From: an uncultured archaeon
Lineage (GTDB): Archaea > Asgardarchaeota > Hermodarchaeia > Hermodarchaeales > Hermodarchaeaceae
DNA length: 48,225 nucleotides
Assembly (NCBI GenBank): GCA_964347045.1
Contig: CAYFXC010000015.1
Location: 1 to 48,225 of the forward strand
Reading direction: 5' to 3'
Positions 9,880 through 19,820 of the stretch are shown here, in pieces (position 1 is the first letter of the stretch; each line of letters begins with the position of its first letter). The notes below the pieces were generated by a model. It was not told where the DNA came from, did not search any database, and saw only the letters and a program-made list of their open reading frames with translations. A program made the translations under genes and the position numbers.

Positions 9880-10272
9880 TCAGAGCAATTGTAAATCGCC
9901 AGTAATTTTATCAACAGTCTTTGTGGAAGCAGGGCCTATTCCAAGTGATGTAACGGTTCCAGGAGGTAATTCGGTGAGACCCCTGTCCCGAACCAGATAT
10001 GTTGGGATTCCCGCTTTAACGGATTTTTCACGGAGAGAAATTAAATCGGCTTCAGTGGCTACCTTCACTGCAACTTTCTTTTGGCCCTCCCATAGCCATT
10101 TTCGCCAAGACGTTGGAGTATGTTTACGTGCCTCTTCGGCGGAGGAGACCGCGGCATGAGCCATTTGTACAGCAATCTTCCCTCGGCTCATTTTCAAGTC
10201 CGTACGAATCACTAGCACCTGTTTATACTCAAATTCATCAGCAGGGTTTTTCACGGTATTCAAATCCTCCAT
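9880..10272 (-). CDS. pth2: Peptidyl-tRNA hydrolase Pth2
   Basis: KQVLVIRTDLKMSRGKIAVQMAHA, DRGLTE, GIGP; start at ATG 10272 is a judgement call. Confidence 0.93.
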   Translation of the reverse strand: MEDLNTVKNPADEFEYKQVLVIRTDLKMSRGKIAVQMAHAAVSSAEEARKHTPTSWRKWLWEGQKKVAVKVATEADLISLREKSVKAGIPTYLVRDRGLTELPPGTVTSLGIGPASTKTVDKITGDLQLL

Positions 10273-10373
10273 TTCATCGCAAACCTCACGAAAATCCCTT
10301 AAGTACTTAGTCATCACCTTATGGCATATCTGCGTTTTTATTTTCTCTAGCTCAGTGAGGAGGTGATAAGGAG

Positions 10374-11081
10374 ATGACAGGAAAAATCACGACGGTGTTT
10401 TTCGATTTTGGAGGAACCTTATGCGATTATTATCCCTCTAATGCTGAAATCTGGACGAAAATCGCTAAACGGTTAGGTGTTCACATTTCACCTGATGATC
10501 ACCGGATTCAACGGGGATTAAGAAAACAGGGTCAAGCATATGAACAGTTAGGCATCCCTTTCTCAGAGCTGTCTAGAGATCAACTACACTATCTCAATTG
10601 TCAAGTTCTCACTGCCATGGGAATTGATGGGGACGGGACACAAGAAATTATTGATACGGAATTCCTCGCCCGTCAGCAAGGACAGATGTATACCATGTTT
10701 CCCGATGTTCCAGAAACACTTCGGACTATTAAACAAAAAGGGATTAAGATAGGGCTCATCTCGAATATTGACCAGCAAGGCGGACGGAAACTATGCGCCT
10801 CAATGAAAGAAAACGGAATTCTACAATATTTTAAGGCCATAATTCTCTCCTTTGAAGTTGGGGTCTGGAAACCCATGAAAGAGATTTTCGACATTGCTCT
10901 ACGAGAGATTGGAGAAAAAAACCCGGCTACCGCGATGCACGTCGGAGATAGTCCAATTGAAGATTTAAGGGGAGCAAATAACGCAGGGTTAATTCCGGTT
11001 TTCATCGATTCGTTAGACATTTTTTCAACTGAAAATATTATAAAAATCAAAACCCTGTCAGATATCCTCCAATACCTGTAA
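10374..11081 (+). CDS. HAD-superfamily hydrolase
   Basis: FDFGGTL, ISN, KP, HVGDSPIEDLRGA. Confidence 0.9.
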   Translation: MTGKITTVFFDFGGTLCDYYPSNAEIWTKIAKRLGVHISPDDHRIQRGLRKQGQAYEQLGIPFSELSRDQLHYLNCQVLTAMGIDGDGTQEIIDTEFLARQQGQMYTMFPDVPETLRTIKQKGIKIGLISNIDQQGGRKLCASMKENGILQYFKAIILSFEVGVWKPMKEIFDIALREIGEKNPATAMHVGDSPIEDLRGANNAGLIPVFIDSLDIFSTENIIKIKTLSDILQYL

Positions 11082-11088
11082 TAAGCAA

Positions 11089-12309
11089 GTGATTGTTGTG
11101 GATGCCGATGTTATTGTTATTGGTGCAGGACCTGCTGGCAGCCTAGCGGCTCGGCAACTTGCTCGAAAAGATCTCTCTGTCCTCCTTTGCGAAGAGCATA
11201 CTGAAGTAGGTCGACCAGTTCACTGTGCGGGGCTTATTGGCATTGAAGGCTTACGCAATAATGGCATTCTTCCCCAGCCAGATGTTGTCCTTCAACGTGT
11301 TCGCCGCTCAATTTTCCATTCACCATCAGGAACTCAGTTGGTACTTGCTAAAGATGAACCCCATGCGTTTGTCCTTAATCGGGATCGGTTGGATCAACAA
11401 ATTGTCCAAGAGGCGGAAGCCGCCGGTGTAAAATTGCTGTTAGGAAGCCGTGTCACTGAAGTTCATCGTGACCAAAACAAAATGCGTGTAAAACTTTCAG
11501 AAAAAGGCGGTAAACGTGAACTTCGCAGTCAATTTGTCGTTAACGCTGAAGGGATAAATGCGCAGTTAATGAAACCATTTAGGCTTCCCCGACCGAAAAG
11601 GAACTACATGCTTCCCGCTCTCCAATATGAAGTCACTAATATCTCGCTTCCAACGGATACAGTGCATCTTTTTTTTGATACTCAACTTGCAAAAAATTTC
11701 TTTGCCTGGGTCATTCCTCTCAGTGCGCATTCGGCAAGGGTTGGACTTGCAACGGCTCACAAACAAGCGCCCAGGGCATTGGATAAATTCATTAAGAAAT
11801 GTCCTCTCACGAAAGGTGTAAAGATCGAGAAACGCTACGGGGGTATTGTTTATTCAGGGGGACCTGTTGCAAGTACAATTAGCCGCAGATTTGTAAATAT
11901 CGGAGACGCCGCTGGTCAAACCAAGGCAACTACTGGTGGTGGGGTCGTGGCTGGAGGCGCCTGTGCTATCATGGCTGCTTCAAGCATTTATCGGTCGTTA
12001 AAAGATGGTCACTATAATCATACTGAACTCCAACACTATGAGCGGACATGGAAACGAAGTTGGGGGCGCCAACTCCAACTCATGTCACTTCTTCGTCGAC
12101 TAGTCAATACCCTTGATAACAATGAATTGGATTATCTTTTCACCAGTCTTCAGCATAGCAAAGTTCGACAAATCATTGAACACGAAGGCGATATTGATCG
12201 TCAAGGCCGTGTTATCATAGCAGCAGTTAAATCTCCTATACTTTTACGAAGCGTCGTTCGCCTCTTGTTAACAAAAGCACGTTTTCTTCCGCAGTTGCTT
12301 TGGAGATAA
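11089..12309 (+). CDS. Geranylgeranyl reductase family FAD oxidoreductase
   Basis: GAGPAG, CAG, FAWVIP, GDAAGQTKATTGGG. Confidence 0.88.
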   Translation: MIVVDADVIVIGAGPAGSLAARQLARKDLSVLLCEEHTEVGRPVHCAGLIGIEGLRNNGILPQPDVVLQRVRRSIFHSPSGTQLVLAKDEPHAFVLNRDRLDQQIVQEAEAAGVKLLLGSRVTEVHRDQNKMRVKLSEKGGKRELRSQFVVNAEGINAQLMKPFRLPRPKRNYMLPALQYEVTNISLPTDTVHLFFDTQLAKNFFAWVIPLSAHSARVGLATAHKQAPRALDKFIKKCPLTKGVKIEKRYGGIVYSGGPVASTISRRFVNIGDAAGQTKATTGGGVVAGGACAIMAASSIYRSLKDGHYNHTELQHYERTWKRSWGRQLQLMSLLRRLVNTLDNNELDYLFTSLQHSKVRQIIEHEGDIDRQGRVIIAAVKSPILLRSVVRLLLTKARFLPQLLWR

Positions 12310-12325
12310 AGTGTACACATCAGGG

Positions 12326-12670
12326 CTAGTATTCTCGCCAGGTCTGATTACATGTGGTGCACCGATAAAACGTTGTCATCGCTTCATCTCCTGAACGCGT
12401 CTGAACCTGCCAATAATATGCTTCTTTATGTCCACATTTAGGACAAATAGCTCGGACAGTAGGCATAGTCCGTTGTTCAAGCAGTTCTTCATCAATAACC
12501 ACAACTTCTTCCTTTTCGGGAATGTGATTGATTTTTTCACCATATCGGTACTTTTCTTTGGTTTTTGATGTGAAGCGTTTGGAATATCCACAACTTTGAC
12601 AGAGCAAGACTTTCTTTTTTCCCTCTTTTTGGGGACTCATGATGCTTGAACATTTCGGGCAAAATTCCAT
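12326..12670 (-). CDS. tfs: Transcription factor S (TFS)
   Basis: Two Zn ribbons, QTRSGDEAMTTFYRC acidic hairpin. Confidence 0.95.
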   Translation of the reverse strand: MEFCPKCSSIMSPQKEGKKKVLLCQSCGYSKRFTSKTKEKYRYGEKINHIPEKEEVVVIDEELLEQRTMPTVRAICPKCGHKEAYYWQVQTRSGDEAMTTFYRCTTCNQTWREY

Positions 12671-12737
12671 CTAGTTTAATCTCCGGAACATCAGGGATTG
12701 GAAAGCATTCGAGAAAATGCATAAGAATGTATTGGCT

Positions 12738-13205
12738 TTACACAGCATTTAGGGTCTGGTCTTTTTCCCATATCCGCTGTAGTAGAACCGAAAATCCCAT
12801 GGCAATCGATTCGATTCGTTCCGCTTTCGACTGTTTAGTTCCTACCCCATACTTCAGGAACTGATCCTGTAAGGTCTTGGCCGCATCTGGAATCGTAAAA
12901 TATCCTCGAAGCCATCCAAAGGCAATCATCGCCTCAACACAATCTCCGAGCCCATGAGCATCAAGACGGGACGGCGCTAGATGACGGAGATCCGCTAATC
13001 GAAGCGCTGTAGCAAGAATTTTCCCAGAAACTTTCTCGCCTTCAAATTGCTTGATCTGGATGCTTAGTGCTAGGGAATACAATAAATTCGTGAGTGGGTC
13101 GCCTAACTTGGCTAATTCTTTGTGCCGCATAGCCAATTCTAGTGAGTCAATCCCTTTTGCTTCGAGAAGTGCGTGCAGGTCCTCGAATGTAGACACGCCG
13201 GTCAC
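12738..13205 (-). CDS. Archaeal RNase III-related protein
   Basis: LAKLGD..NLLYSLALS, L+.A.L+.A.LR, GDCVEAMIA; usual position between rpo11 and tfs. Confidence 0.75.
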   Translation of the reverse strand: MTGVSTFEDLHALLEAKGIDSLELAMRHKELAKLGDPLTNLLYSLALSIQIKQFEGEKVSGKILATALRLADLRHLAPSRLDAHGLGDCVEAMIAFGWLRGYFTIPDAAKTLQDQFLKYGVGTKQSKAERIESIAMGFSVLLQRIWEKDQTLNAV

Positions 13206-13492
13206 GCGGCTTTGAGGGCTCTATTAAACTCCGTGCGCAGTTGCTCGGTTCGGTCTATAAGTTTTTGAGCGGCTTGTTTGAACACGTTGATGGCCTTGAC
13301 TTTTCCATCGGTTCGAAGGATGAATCTTGCGCTTCGTTCTAATGGGTGGGGGACGGAATATCCTGCAAAGGTAAGATGCTTGTCTTCAAATAGAATTTCA
13401 CGTAAAGGATTACAAAGGGTGTGTCCTTCTCCTTCTATATCTAACTCCAATTCTTTGGCAGTATTTTTGATAATATTGATGTTCATGGCCAT
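13202..13492 (-). CDS. rpoL: RNA polymerase subunit Rpo11 (RpoL)
   Basis: EGEGHTLCN, FAGYSVPHPL. Confidence 0.94.
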   Translation of the reverse strand: MAMNINIIKNTAKELELDIEGEGHTLCNPLREILFEDKHLTFAGYSVPHPLERSARFILRTDGKVKAINVFKQAAQKLIDRTEQLRTEFNRALKAA

Positions 13493-13572
13493 CGAATCCT
13501 TATTCAACTTTTTTTGGGGGCAGGCAGACCGTACACAACTTTGCTTATAAAATGTTGCTTACCCTTAATCTG

Positions 13573-13797
13573 TTATTGGAGTGGAAGTCCCTTAGAATCG
13601 CGATATATCGCTTGAGCACGGTTAACCGCTTTTCGTACTTGTGTTGGATCTCCACGCAGGGTCACAATCACGCCTCGTTGGTCGGCTTTGATGTGGAAGT
13701 CAAGTTTGAGTTTTCGTTTCAGTTGGTCGATGAAATCGATTTGGGCTTGGGCACCAGTTACAGGAAATGTAAGGCTCTTTTTGGTCCAGCGAGCCAC
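13573..13797 (-). CDS. Small protein resembling the N-terminal domain of DUF2067
   Basis: Located between csl4 and rpoL; beta-alpha-beta-beta-alpha pattern (VTLRGDPTQVRKAV). Confidence 0.55.
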   Translation of the reverse strand: MARWTKKSLTFPVTGAQAQIDFIDQLKRKLKLDFHIKADQRGVIVTLRGDPTQVRKAVNRAQAIYRDSKGLPLQ

Positions 13798-13813
13798 CCT
13801 AATATCGACTCCA

Positions 13814-14428
13814 TTAATCCTCTGATTGTGTTATCTCTGTGGGAGGTTCTGAATTGGGGATTTTACCATAGTTTTGTGAAAGCTTTCGCTTTTCGTAATT
13901 CCCGCACTCGACACATTCTAATCGACGTCCTTGCAAATGTAGGGGTTCGCCACAACGGCTACAGGATGCTTGAACTACTCCGTATCGTGAACCAACGGTT
14001 GACAGGCGGGCTAGACCATCCGCTTGTTGTTGAACTCTAGCTATGATAAGATCACCGGGTACAAAGAGGTCCCGCATTTGATCTATATAGCCTCCAGCCG
14101 CATTTTTGATGAACAAGTATCCTGAAAACGTTATTGGGCATTCTTGATCTTCAATTTGAAAGATGTTCACAATTGCTGATTTTTTAGTAACGTGTTGAAT
14201 GACACCCAACACAACGTCATTTCGTGTTGGGTAGATCGGCTTTCGGGTTGTACCCTTGACACTTATTTTCCGTTCTTTCATATCGATGTGAACTAAGCCA
14301 GTAATGGACGCGTAAATGATGTCATCTTCATCTTGAAAGGTTCCTTCACCGGGGAGGAATTCTTCTATCACTCCTAGCCTTTCGCCAGGTAATACTGAAT
14401 CTCCCTCTTTGATTCGTTGACCAGTCAT
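13814..14428 (-). CDS. csl4: Exosome RNA-binding protein Csl4
   Basis: VLPGERLGVIEEFLPGEGT, S1 domain, C-terminal Zn ribbon with EKRKLS. Confidence 0.95.
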   Translation of the reverse strand: MTGQRIKEGDSVLPGERLGVIEEFLPGEGTFQDEDDIIYASITGLVHIDMKERKISVKGTTRKPIYPTRNDVVLGVIQHVTKKSAIVNIFQIEDQECPITFSGYLFIKNAAGGYIDQMRDLFVPGDLIIARVQQQADGLARLSTVGSRYGVVQASCSRCGEPLHLQGRRLECVECGNYEKRKLSQNYGKIPNSEPPTEITQSED

Positions 14429-15060
14429 GTATTTTTCTCCTGTTTTTCAATTCGGTAAAAATCAACCAGTATTGTATGTCGTTTTTTTTCATGAAAGTGC
14501 ATGGTTGGGGGAAGTGTCATTGACATTTCCTGAACAAACGAGATTCGTCCACCTAAATCCGAGACAAACTGGGTAATGAATCTTCGCCCACCTTCCGACG
14601 CTTTGTGTAGCGAATAGGTCACCTTTCCAATTTCTAAGGCTTTTTGGAGAAAGGGTTGATCAGCATGAACACGTTGAACTCCAAACGGGGCATTCATTAA
14701 CACTGTATCTGCCTGAGCAGTGATGGTCTCAATATCTTGTGCGACGAATTCAATTCGCTCTTGCACACCAACTTGAACAGCATTTTGCTCTGCCACATTT
14801 AATACTTTCGAATCAATATCGACACCAACGACTTTCTGTGCCCCAAGGAGGGCTGCCCCTATTGCTAGTCGTCCCGGTCCACAGCCCAAATCATAAATGG
14901 ACCGATTTTCGATATCACCATAGGTTGCAGCTGTGAACACCAGGGTCGCCGCAACACTATCTGTCACCTCATATTGTTCCTTACTAGGACATGGGTCAGG
15001 GAATCCCTTTAGCTGACTTAGCACCATTTCTAATTGTTTCCGGGGCAGTCGTGCCGACAT
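14425..15060 (-). CDS. METTL5-family N6-adenine rRNA methyltransferase
   Basis: EQY, DLGCGPGRLAIGA, MNAPFG, YSLHK, FHEK. Confidence 0.9.
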   Translation of the reverse strand: MSARLPRKQLEMVLSQLKGFPDPCPSKEQYEVTDSVAATLVFTAATYGDIENRSIYDLGCGPGRLAIGAALLGAQKVVGVDIDSKVLNVAEQNAVQVGVQERIEFVAQDIETITAQADTVLMNAPFGVQRVHADQPFLQKALEIGKVTYSLHKASEGGRRFITQFVSDLGGRISFVQEMSMTLPPTMHFHEKKRHTILVDFYRIEKQEKNT

Positions 15061-15160
15061 AAAAAATTCTTTCCCTCTAGCTTTTTTATAACAATTGTAG
15101 TGATTACACTTAACTGCATTGAGGTTATAACCTCATAGGTCGTTGGAGGCATTCAGATTT

Positions 15161-16456
15161 ATGTCAAACTCTTATGAAATCAAAGAAGTTCGCGCAATGG
15201 AGATTTTAGATAGTCGTGGTAACCCAACGGTTCAAGCTGAAATTCTCACCACGAATGCCTATGGGCGTGCAATGGTTCCTTCTGGTGCCTCAAGAGGGAA
15301 ATTTGAAGCTGTAGAATTACGGGATGATGACCCCAAACGATTTCACGGTCGGGGCGTTAAGCAAGCAGTGAACAACATTCTCACCGTCATTGCACCAGCC
15401 ATTATTGGAATGGATGCTCGTGAACAACAAGCAGTTGATGCAAAAATGCGTAAATTGGATGGTACTCCAAACAAGGGGCATTTAGGCGCTAATGCGATTT
15501 TAGGCGTATCTTTAGCAGTAGCAAAAGCAGCAGCGGACACAGGTATTCAACACCTGTTTGAATACCTAGTTCCTCGTGAAGAGTATGTGTTACCTATTCC
15601 ATTGATGAATATTATCAATGGCGGAGTGCATGCAGGCAATCAACTCACTATTCAGGAGTTCATGATCATGCCTTTAGGTTTTAGTAACTTTCATCGCGCC
15701 TTACGTGCTGGTATCGAGGTTTATCACACACTCGGTAAAGTGTTAAAGGAAAAATATGGTCCTGTTGGTAAGAACCTTGGCGATGAGGGAGGCTACGCTC
15801 CTCCAATGCAAGAAACGCGTGACGCACTTAATGCGATTATAGCCGCTATTGAACAAGAGGGTTACAAACCCGGGAAGGAAATCAGTTTAGCAATAGATTC
15901 TGCTGCCACTGAATTCCATTCGAAGGGCAAATACACAATAGATAATCAAGTGTTGTCAACTGGAGACCTCCTTGACTTCTATCGTGGGTTGTGTAAGGAA
16001 TATCCGCTAATCTCAATTGAAGATCCTTTTGAGGAAAATGATTTTGAGAGTTTTTCACAATTAACCCAATCCATTGGTCAATCCGTGCAAATTGTTGGTG
16101 ACGATCTCTTTGTATCAAATAGTGACCGCCTACAGGAAGGGGTTGATATTGGTGCCGCAAATTCATTATTACTGAAAGTTAATCAAATTGGTACGCTCAC
16201 CGAAGCCATAGAAGCGGCACAACTCGCAGGATTAAATGGCTACACTGTTGTGGTCAGTCATCGAAGTGGAGAAACTGAAAACACCTTCATTGCCGATTTA
16301 TCCGTTGCTCTTTCTTGTGGTCAAATAAAAACCGGGGCACCTGCTCGGGGGGAAAGGACTGCAAAATATAACCGTCTCATCAAGATCCACTATGATTTAG
16401 AGGAACGTGGTCGATACGCTGGAAGCGAATTTCGGAAGTATAAGGTAACTCAATAA
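15161..16456 (+). CDS. eno: Enolase
   Basis: EILDSRGNPTV, VPSGAS, GDEGG, VGDDL, SHRSGETE, KTGAPARGER. Confidence 0.97.
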   Translation: MSNSYEIKEVRAMEILDSRGNPTVQAEILTTNAYGRAMVPSGASRGKFEAVELRDDDPKRFHGRGVKQAVNNILTVIAPAIIGMDAREQQAVDAKMRKLDGTPNKGHLGANAILGVSLAVAKAAADTGIQHLFEYLVPREEYVLPIPLMNIINGGVHAGNQLTIQEFMIMPLGFSNFHRALRAGIEVYHTLGKVLKEKYGPVGKNLGDEGGYAPPMQETRDALNAIIAAIEQEGYKPGKEISLAIDSAATEFHSKGKYTIDNQVLSTGDLLDFYRGLCKEYPLISIEDPFEENDFESFSQLTQSIGQSVQIVGDDLFVSNSDRLQEGVDIGAANSLLLKVNQIGTLTEAIEAAQLAGLNGYTVVVSHRSGETENTFIADLSVALSCGQIKTGAPARGERTAKYNRLIKIHYDLEERGRYAGSEFRKYKVTQ

Positions 16457-16518
16457 ACACTTATGCTAGCGTCTAGTGGCGTTGCATTCTAGTTTTTTCA
16501 TAAGACGCTGAGTGCTTG

Positions 16519-17055
16519 TTAAAATCCAATTTTCTTACGAAGCTCGTCTGGTGCTTTGTCAAGATGAAGTGTGCAAGGCGTTGGAAGCTTCATTGAAGCC
16601 CTACGTAATGCATCCTTTGCTACTTTCAAATTCTTGAAATCTACTTCTAAAGTTAAGACAGGTTGTCCTGGTCGGACTCGTGCTGCCAAGGCAAAGGGCT
16701 TACCGAAAGATCGACGCATTCCTTCTTGGATACGATCAGCTCCTGCAAATGCCATCATCTTCTTTTCTCGAAGAATCTGATGCGGGTAGGTACGAATCCA
16801 TAGGAAATAGTTCTCAGGTCCTAGGCTTCGTGTGAGATGACGGTTTGCAGCAATGCGCATTGCTTCAAGGGCGCTGTGACGAATTTGAACTGCCTCATCT
16901 GCTAGTAGACTTAGTGTTAACTCAAAGTTGCGGTTACGTTTCTTACCCATCCGCCACAGGACTACTTTTTTGCCTGGTATCCGCTTGATATATTCTTTGC
17001 GTGTGTACGGTGGGCGATTGATTTGTCGATAGCATTTTCCTGGTCTAGCGGGCAT
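16519..17055 (-). CDS. rpl10e: Ribosomal protein uL16 (L10e)
   Basis: RPGKCYR, ALEAMRIAANR, GADRIQEGMRRSFGKP. Confidence 0.96.
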   Translation of the reverse strand: MPARPGKCYRQINRPPYTRKEYIKRIPGKKVVLWRMGKKRNRNFELTLSLLADEAVQIRHSALEAMRIAANRHLTRSLGPENYFLWIRTYPHQILREKKMMAFAGADRIQEGMRRSFGKPFALAARVRPGQPVLTLEVDFKNLKVAKDALRRASMKLPTPCTLHLDKAPDELRKKIGF

Positions 17056-17141
17056 AATAATTCGCCTCAGTCATAGAGGTTGGAAGTATGGCAAATAATG
17101 CCGTCTTATTAATCTTACGCGATAACATGCTTCATGGAACC

Positions 17142-18308
17142 CTATGACGTGAAGATTTGAATGATGTCTTGGTCCTCTAAAATAAAGGTCAATCCGACCT
17201 TCTTTCGAATTTGTCCGGTACTCATACGGTAAACGAGTGCATACCGAAAATTCTTATGAAAATCACTGTGCAGGCGTTTGGTAAGATCCTCGACGCTAGA
17301 ATCAAGAGGTAATATTAGTGGTTTATCTCCAATTTCGCCTGAGCTTTTGCGTGTGAAAATGCGAATAACCCCAAGACCATTAAAAATCCCAAAGGCTGCA
17401 TTTTTAATACCTACGTCTTTTTCAACAGAAACGGGAAAAATCGGGAAAACGGCTTCAAAGTTTTTCTGTAATTCAGTATAATTTTTCGAACTCGTAGACG
17501 AATCTCCTTTGGTTGCAATAATAATCGAAGGAACATAGGTGGTTCGGCTATCAATAACCTCGATTAAATCTTCTAGTGTGGCAGGACCACGAAATTGAAG
17601 CGAGAAGTTATGAATACGTCGACGGCGCAAAAGTTGGCGAATAAGCTCTGGATCTCCTTGAAAGTTTGTGATTCCTACTATGTTTGTTCCTCCACTACCC
17701 GTTTTGGCGAATCGAATAGGTGGTGGGGGTTTGTTGAGTTTTATACGTGCCTCTTCTAAAATTGATACGAGAAATTCGACTTGAGTCCGTGGGGGTTTGG
17801 AAAGATCGATGACTAAGACGATGAGATCGGCATTTCGTATTCCCCCTAAAATTTGTCGACCAACACTACTGTCTACTGCTCCTTCGAATAGCGCAGGCAT
17901 TTCGATTAACTGGATGTCTGTACCACCGTATTTTAGTACACCCGGTTCAGGGAGTTGGGTGGTAAACTCGTATTCGCCTACTTTTGCCTTGGCTCCTGTT
18001 AATCGGTTTAATAGTGCAGTTTTTCCTGAATTTGTCATACCTACCAGAACAACTTGACCTGCACCTTCCTTCGCTAACGAGTAACTTGGTCCACCTGTTG
18101 CCATTTTTCGGCGAGCCCGCTTCTCCTCTCGCTCTTGGCGTAATACGGTCAACCGATGCCTGTAATGGGCTACCATCTTTTCAGAAGATTTGTGCTTCGG
18201 AATGAGTGAAATGAACTTTTCGAGCTTCTCGATACGCTCATCAAGACCCGATGCCTGTTCGTAAGCAATTTTCGCCGCTTGTGCTTCAGCAGTTAAGTTG
18301 ACAGGCAT
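17142..18308 (-). CDS. DRG/Rbg-like OBG-family GTPase with TGS domain
   Basis: IPKHK, GMTNSGKT, YEFTT, TKGD, C-terminal TGS (LEDQDIIQI). Confidence 0.9.
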   Translation of the reverse strand: MPVNLTAEAQAAKIAYEQASGLDERIEKLEKFISLIPKHKSSEKMVAHYRHRLTVLRQEREEKRARRKMATGGPSYSLAKEGAGQVVLVGMTNSGKTALLNRLTGAKAKVGEYEFTTQLPEPGVLKYGGTDIQLIEMPALFEGAVDSSVGRQILGGIRNADLIVLVIDLSKPPRTQVEFLVSILEEARIKLNKPPPPIRFAKTGSGGTNIVGITNFQGDPELIRQLLRRRRIHNFSLQFRGPATLEDLIEVIDSRTTYVPSIIIATKGDSSTSSKNYTELQKNFEAVFPIFPVSVEKDVGIKNAAFGIFNGLGVIRIFTRKSSGEIGDKPLILPLDSSVEDLTKRLHSDFHKNFRYALVYRMSTGQIRKKVGLTFILEDQDIIQIFTS

Positions 18309-18367
18309 GGAACTTTACACAACCCATTCAGCTGAGATTGATTCAAACCATTTGTTAATAATAGTGT

Positions 18368-18979
18368 CTATCGGGGGGTTTTTGCCTCAAAAAGTAGTAA
18401 ACGTTCAAAGAAAAATGCCTTCTCGTCCTTTACCTTCACCGAAGTAAAGAGCTGTCCGAGTCGACGTCGTATGTGTTCAGGGTCGGAAAGTGAAGATTGG
18501 ATTAATAACAATCTACCATCAGCGTGAAGGTACGGTATACACTGTGCCAGGAATTTCTCTGTGAGCTCATATCCTTTGTTTCCTCCTGACCATGCCAGGT
18601 CATACGCAGAGTCTTCCTTTGTACTTGGAAGATAGGGTGGATTAAAGGCTAATAAAGAGAATTTCTCATCAGAAAGGATTGGCTCAAAGAGATTTCCTTG
18701 ACGGATTTCCACAAGAGTTTCACATTTGTGAAGCGCCACATTTTTCTTGGCATTTTGAATTGCGACTTTTGATTGATCAGTAGCGATTACTTGGGCACCC
18801 GCCCTTGCAGCCACAATAGCTATGAGTCCACAACCTGTTCCTAGTTCTAACAGGGTATCGCCCGGACCGATATCGAGGTTTGCACAAAGCATGAAGGTAT
18901 CCTCAGCGGGTTCATAGACGCCGTCGTCCACAACAACCCAAATTTTCTCATAAAATGCGGCTGATGGACTCATAGGCAT
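18368..18979 (-). CDS. HemK2/PrmC-family protein methyltransferase
   Basis: VYEPAEDT, ELGTGCG, FNPPYLP. Confidence 0.92.
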   Translation of the reverse strand: MPMSPSAAFYEKIWVVVDDGVYEPAEDTFMLCANLDIGPGDTLLELGTGCGLIAIVAARAGAQVIATDQSKVAIQNAKKNVALHKCETLVEIRQGNLFEPILSDEKFSLLAFNPPYLPSTKEDSAYDLAWSGGNKGYELTEKFLAQCIPYLHADGRLLLIQSSLSDPEHIRRRLGQLFTSVKVKDEKAFFFERLLLFEAKTPR

Positions 18980-19794
18980 CGTTCCTCATAGATAATATTT
19001 GAAATGTCGGCGATTTGTTCGGGCGATAATTCTTCCACTCGTCGATCTAACCAAGGTATTTTAGCTTGGATTTGCTGGAATTCATCATTACACAAGAAGG
19101 CTTTCAAGGGTGTTCGTATTTTTTTTCTTCGTTGATTGAAAAGAACGGTGACAACTTGGGCCAATAGATCAGAGTCTTTCACTTCAAATGGAGGTTGAAA
19201 TTTGCGGGTAATTCGAACGAGTACTGAAGCTACTGCTGGTGGAGGGTAGAAGGATTCGGTAGCCACAACTTCTAATAATTCAATCTCAGCATAGTAACTT
19301 GCCATAACAGTTAATCTTCCATACTGCTTCGATCCTGGTTGGGCCGTAAGACGTTCTCCAAACTCTTTCTGAAGCATTAAAATCGCTGAGGGAATTTTAG
19401 ACTCAAAAAATTTGAATAAGATAGGAGAGGAAATTGCATAGGGCAGATTCGCAATAAGCTTATCACATGAAGGCCAATCAATTTTCGTAGCGTCACCAAG
19501 AATGAACTGAATCTGAGTGTTTGCCATTAGTTCTTCTGAAAGAATTTGATAGAGTCTGGTGTCTTTTTCAATCGTGTAAACCCGTTGAACATGGTCAGCT
19601 ATTGCTTGTGTCAAAATACCGGTTCCTGTTCCAATTTCAAGAATCTGCTCATCCAAAGAAAGGTTAGAGTGTTCAATTATTCGATTAAGCATCTTTTCGT
19701 CAACGAGGAAATGCTGTCCCAATTCTTTAGAAACACGGATATCATGTTTTTTAAGCCAATGTATAGTCCGGGTGAGAAGGGTCCCCGGGGTCAT
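18970..19794 (-). CDS. rsmA: 16S rRNA dimethyladenosine transferase KsgA/Dim1
   Basis: LGQHFL, EIGTGTG, ANLPYAISSP, FNQRRKK. Confidence 0.95.
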   Translation of the reverse strand: MTPGTLLTRTIHWLKKHDIRVSKELGQHFLVDEKMLNRIIEHSNLSLDEQILEIGTGTGILTQAIADHVQRVYTIEKDTRLYQILSEELMANTQIQFILGDATKIDWPSCDKLIANLPYAISSPILFKFFESKIPSAILMLQKEFGERLTAQPGSKQYGRLTVMASYYAEIELLEVVATESFYPPPAVASVLVRITRKFQPPFEVKDSDLLAQVVTVLFNQRRKKIRTPLKAFLCNDEFQQIQAKIPWLDRRVEELSPEQIADISNIIYEERCL

Positions 19795-19820
19795 TTTTCG
19801 AGCTCCGGTTAATTTAGATC

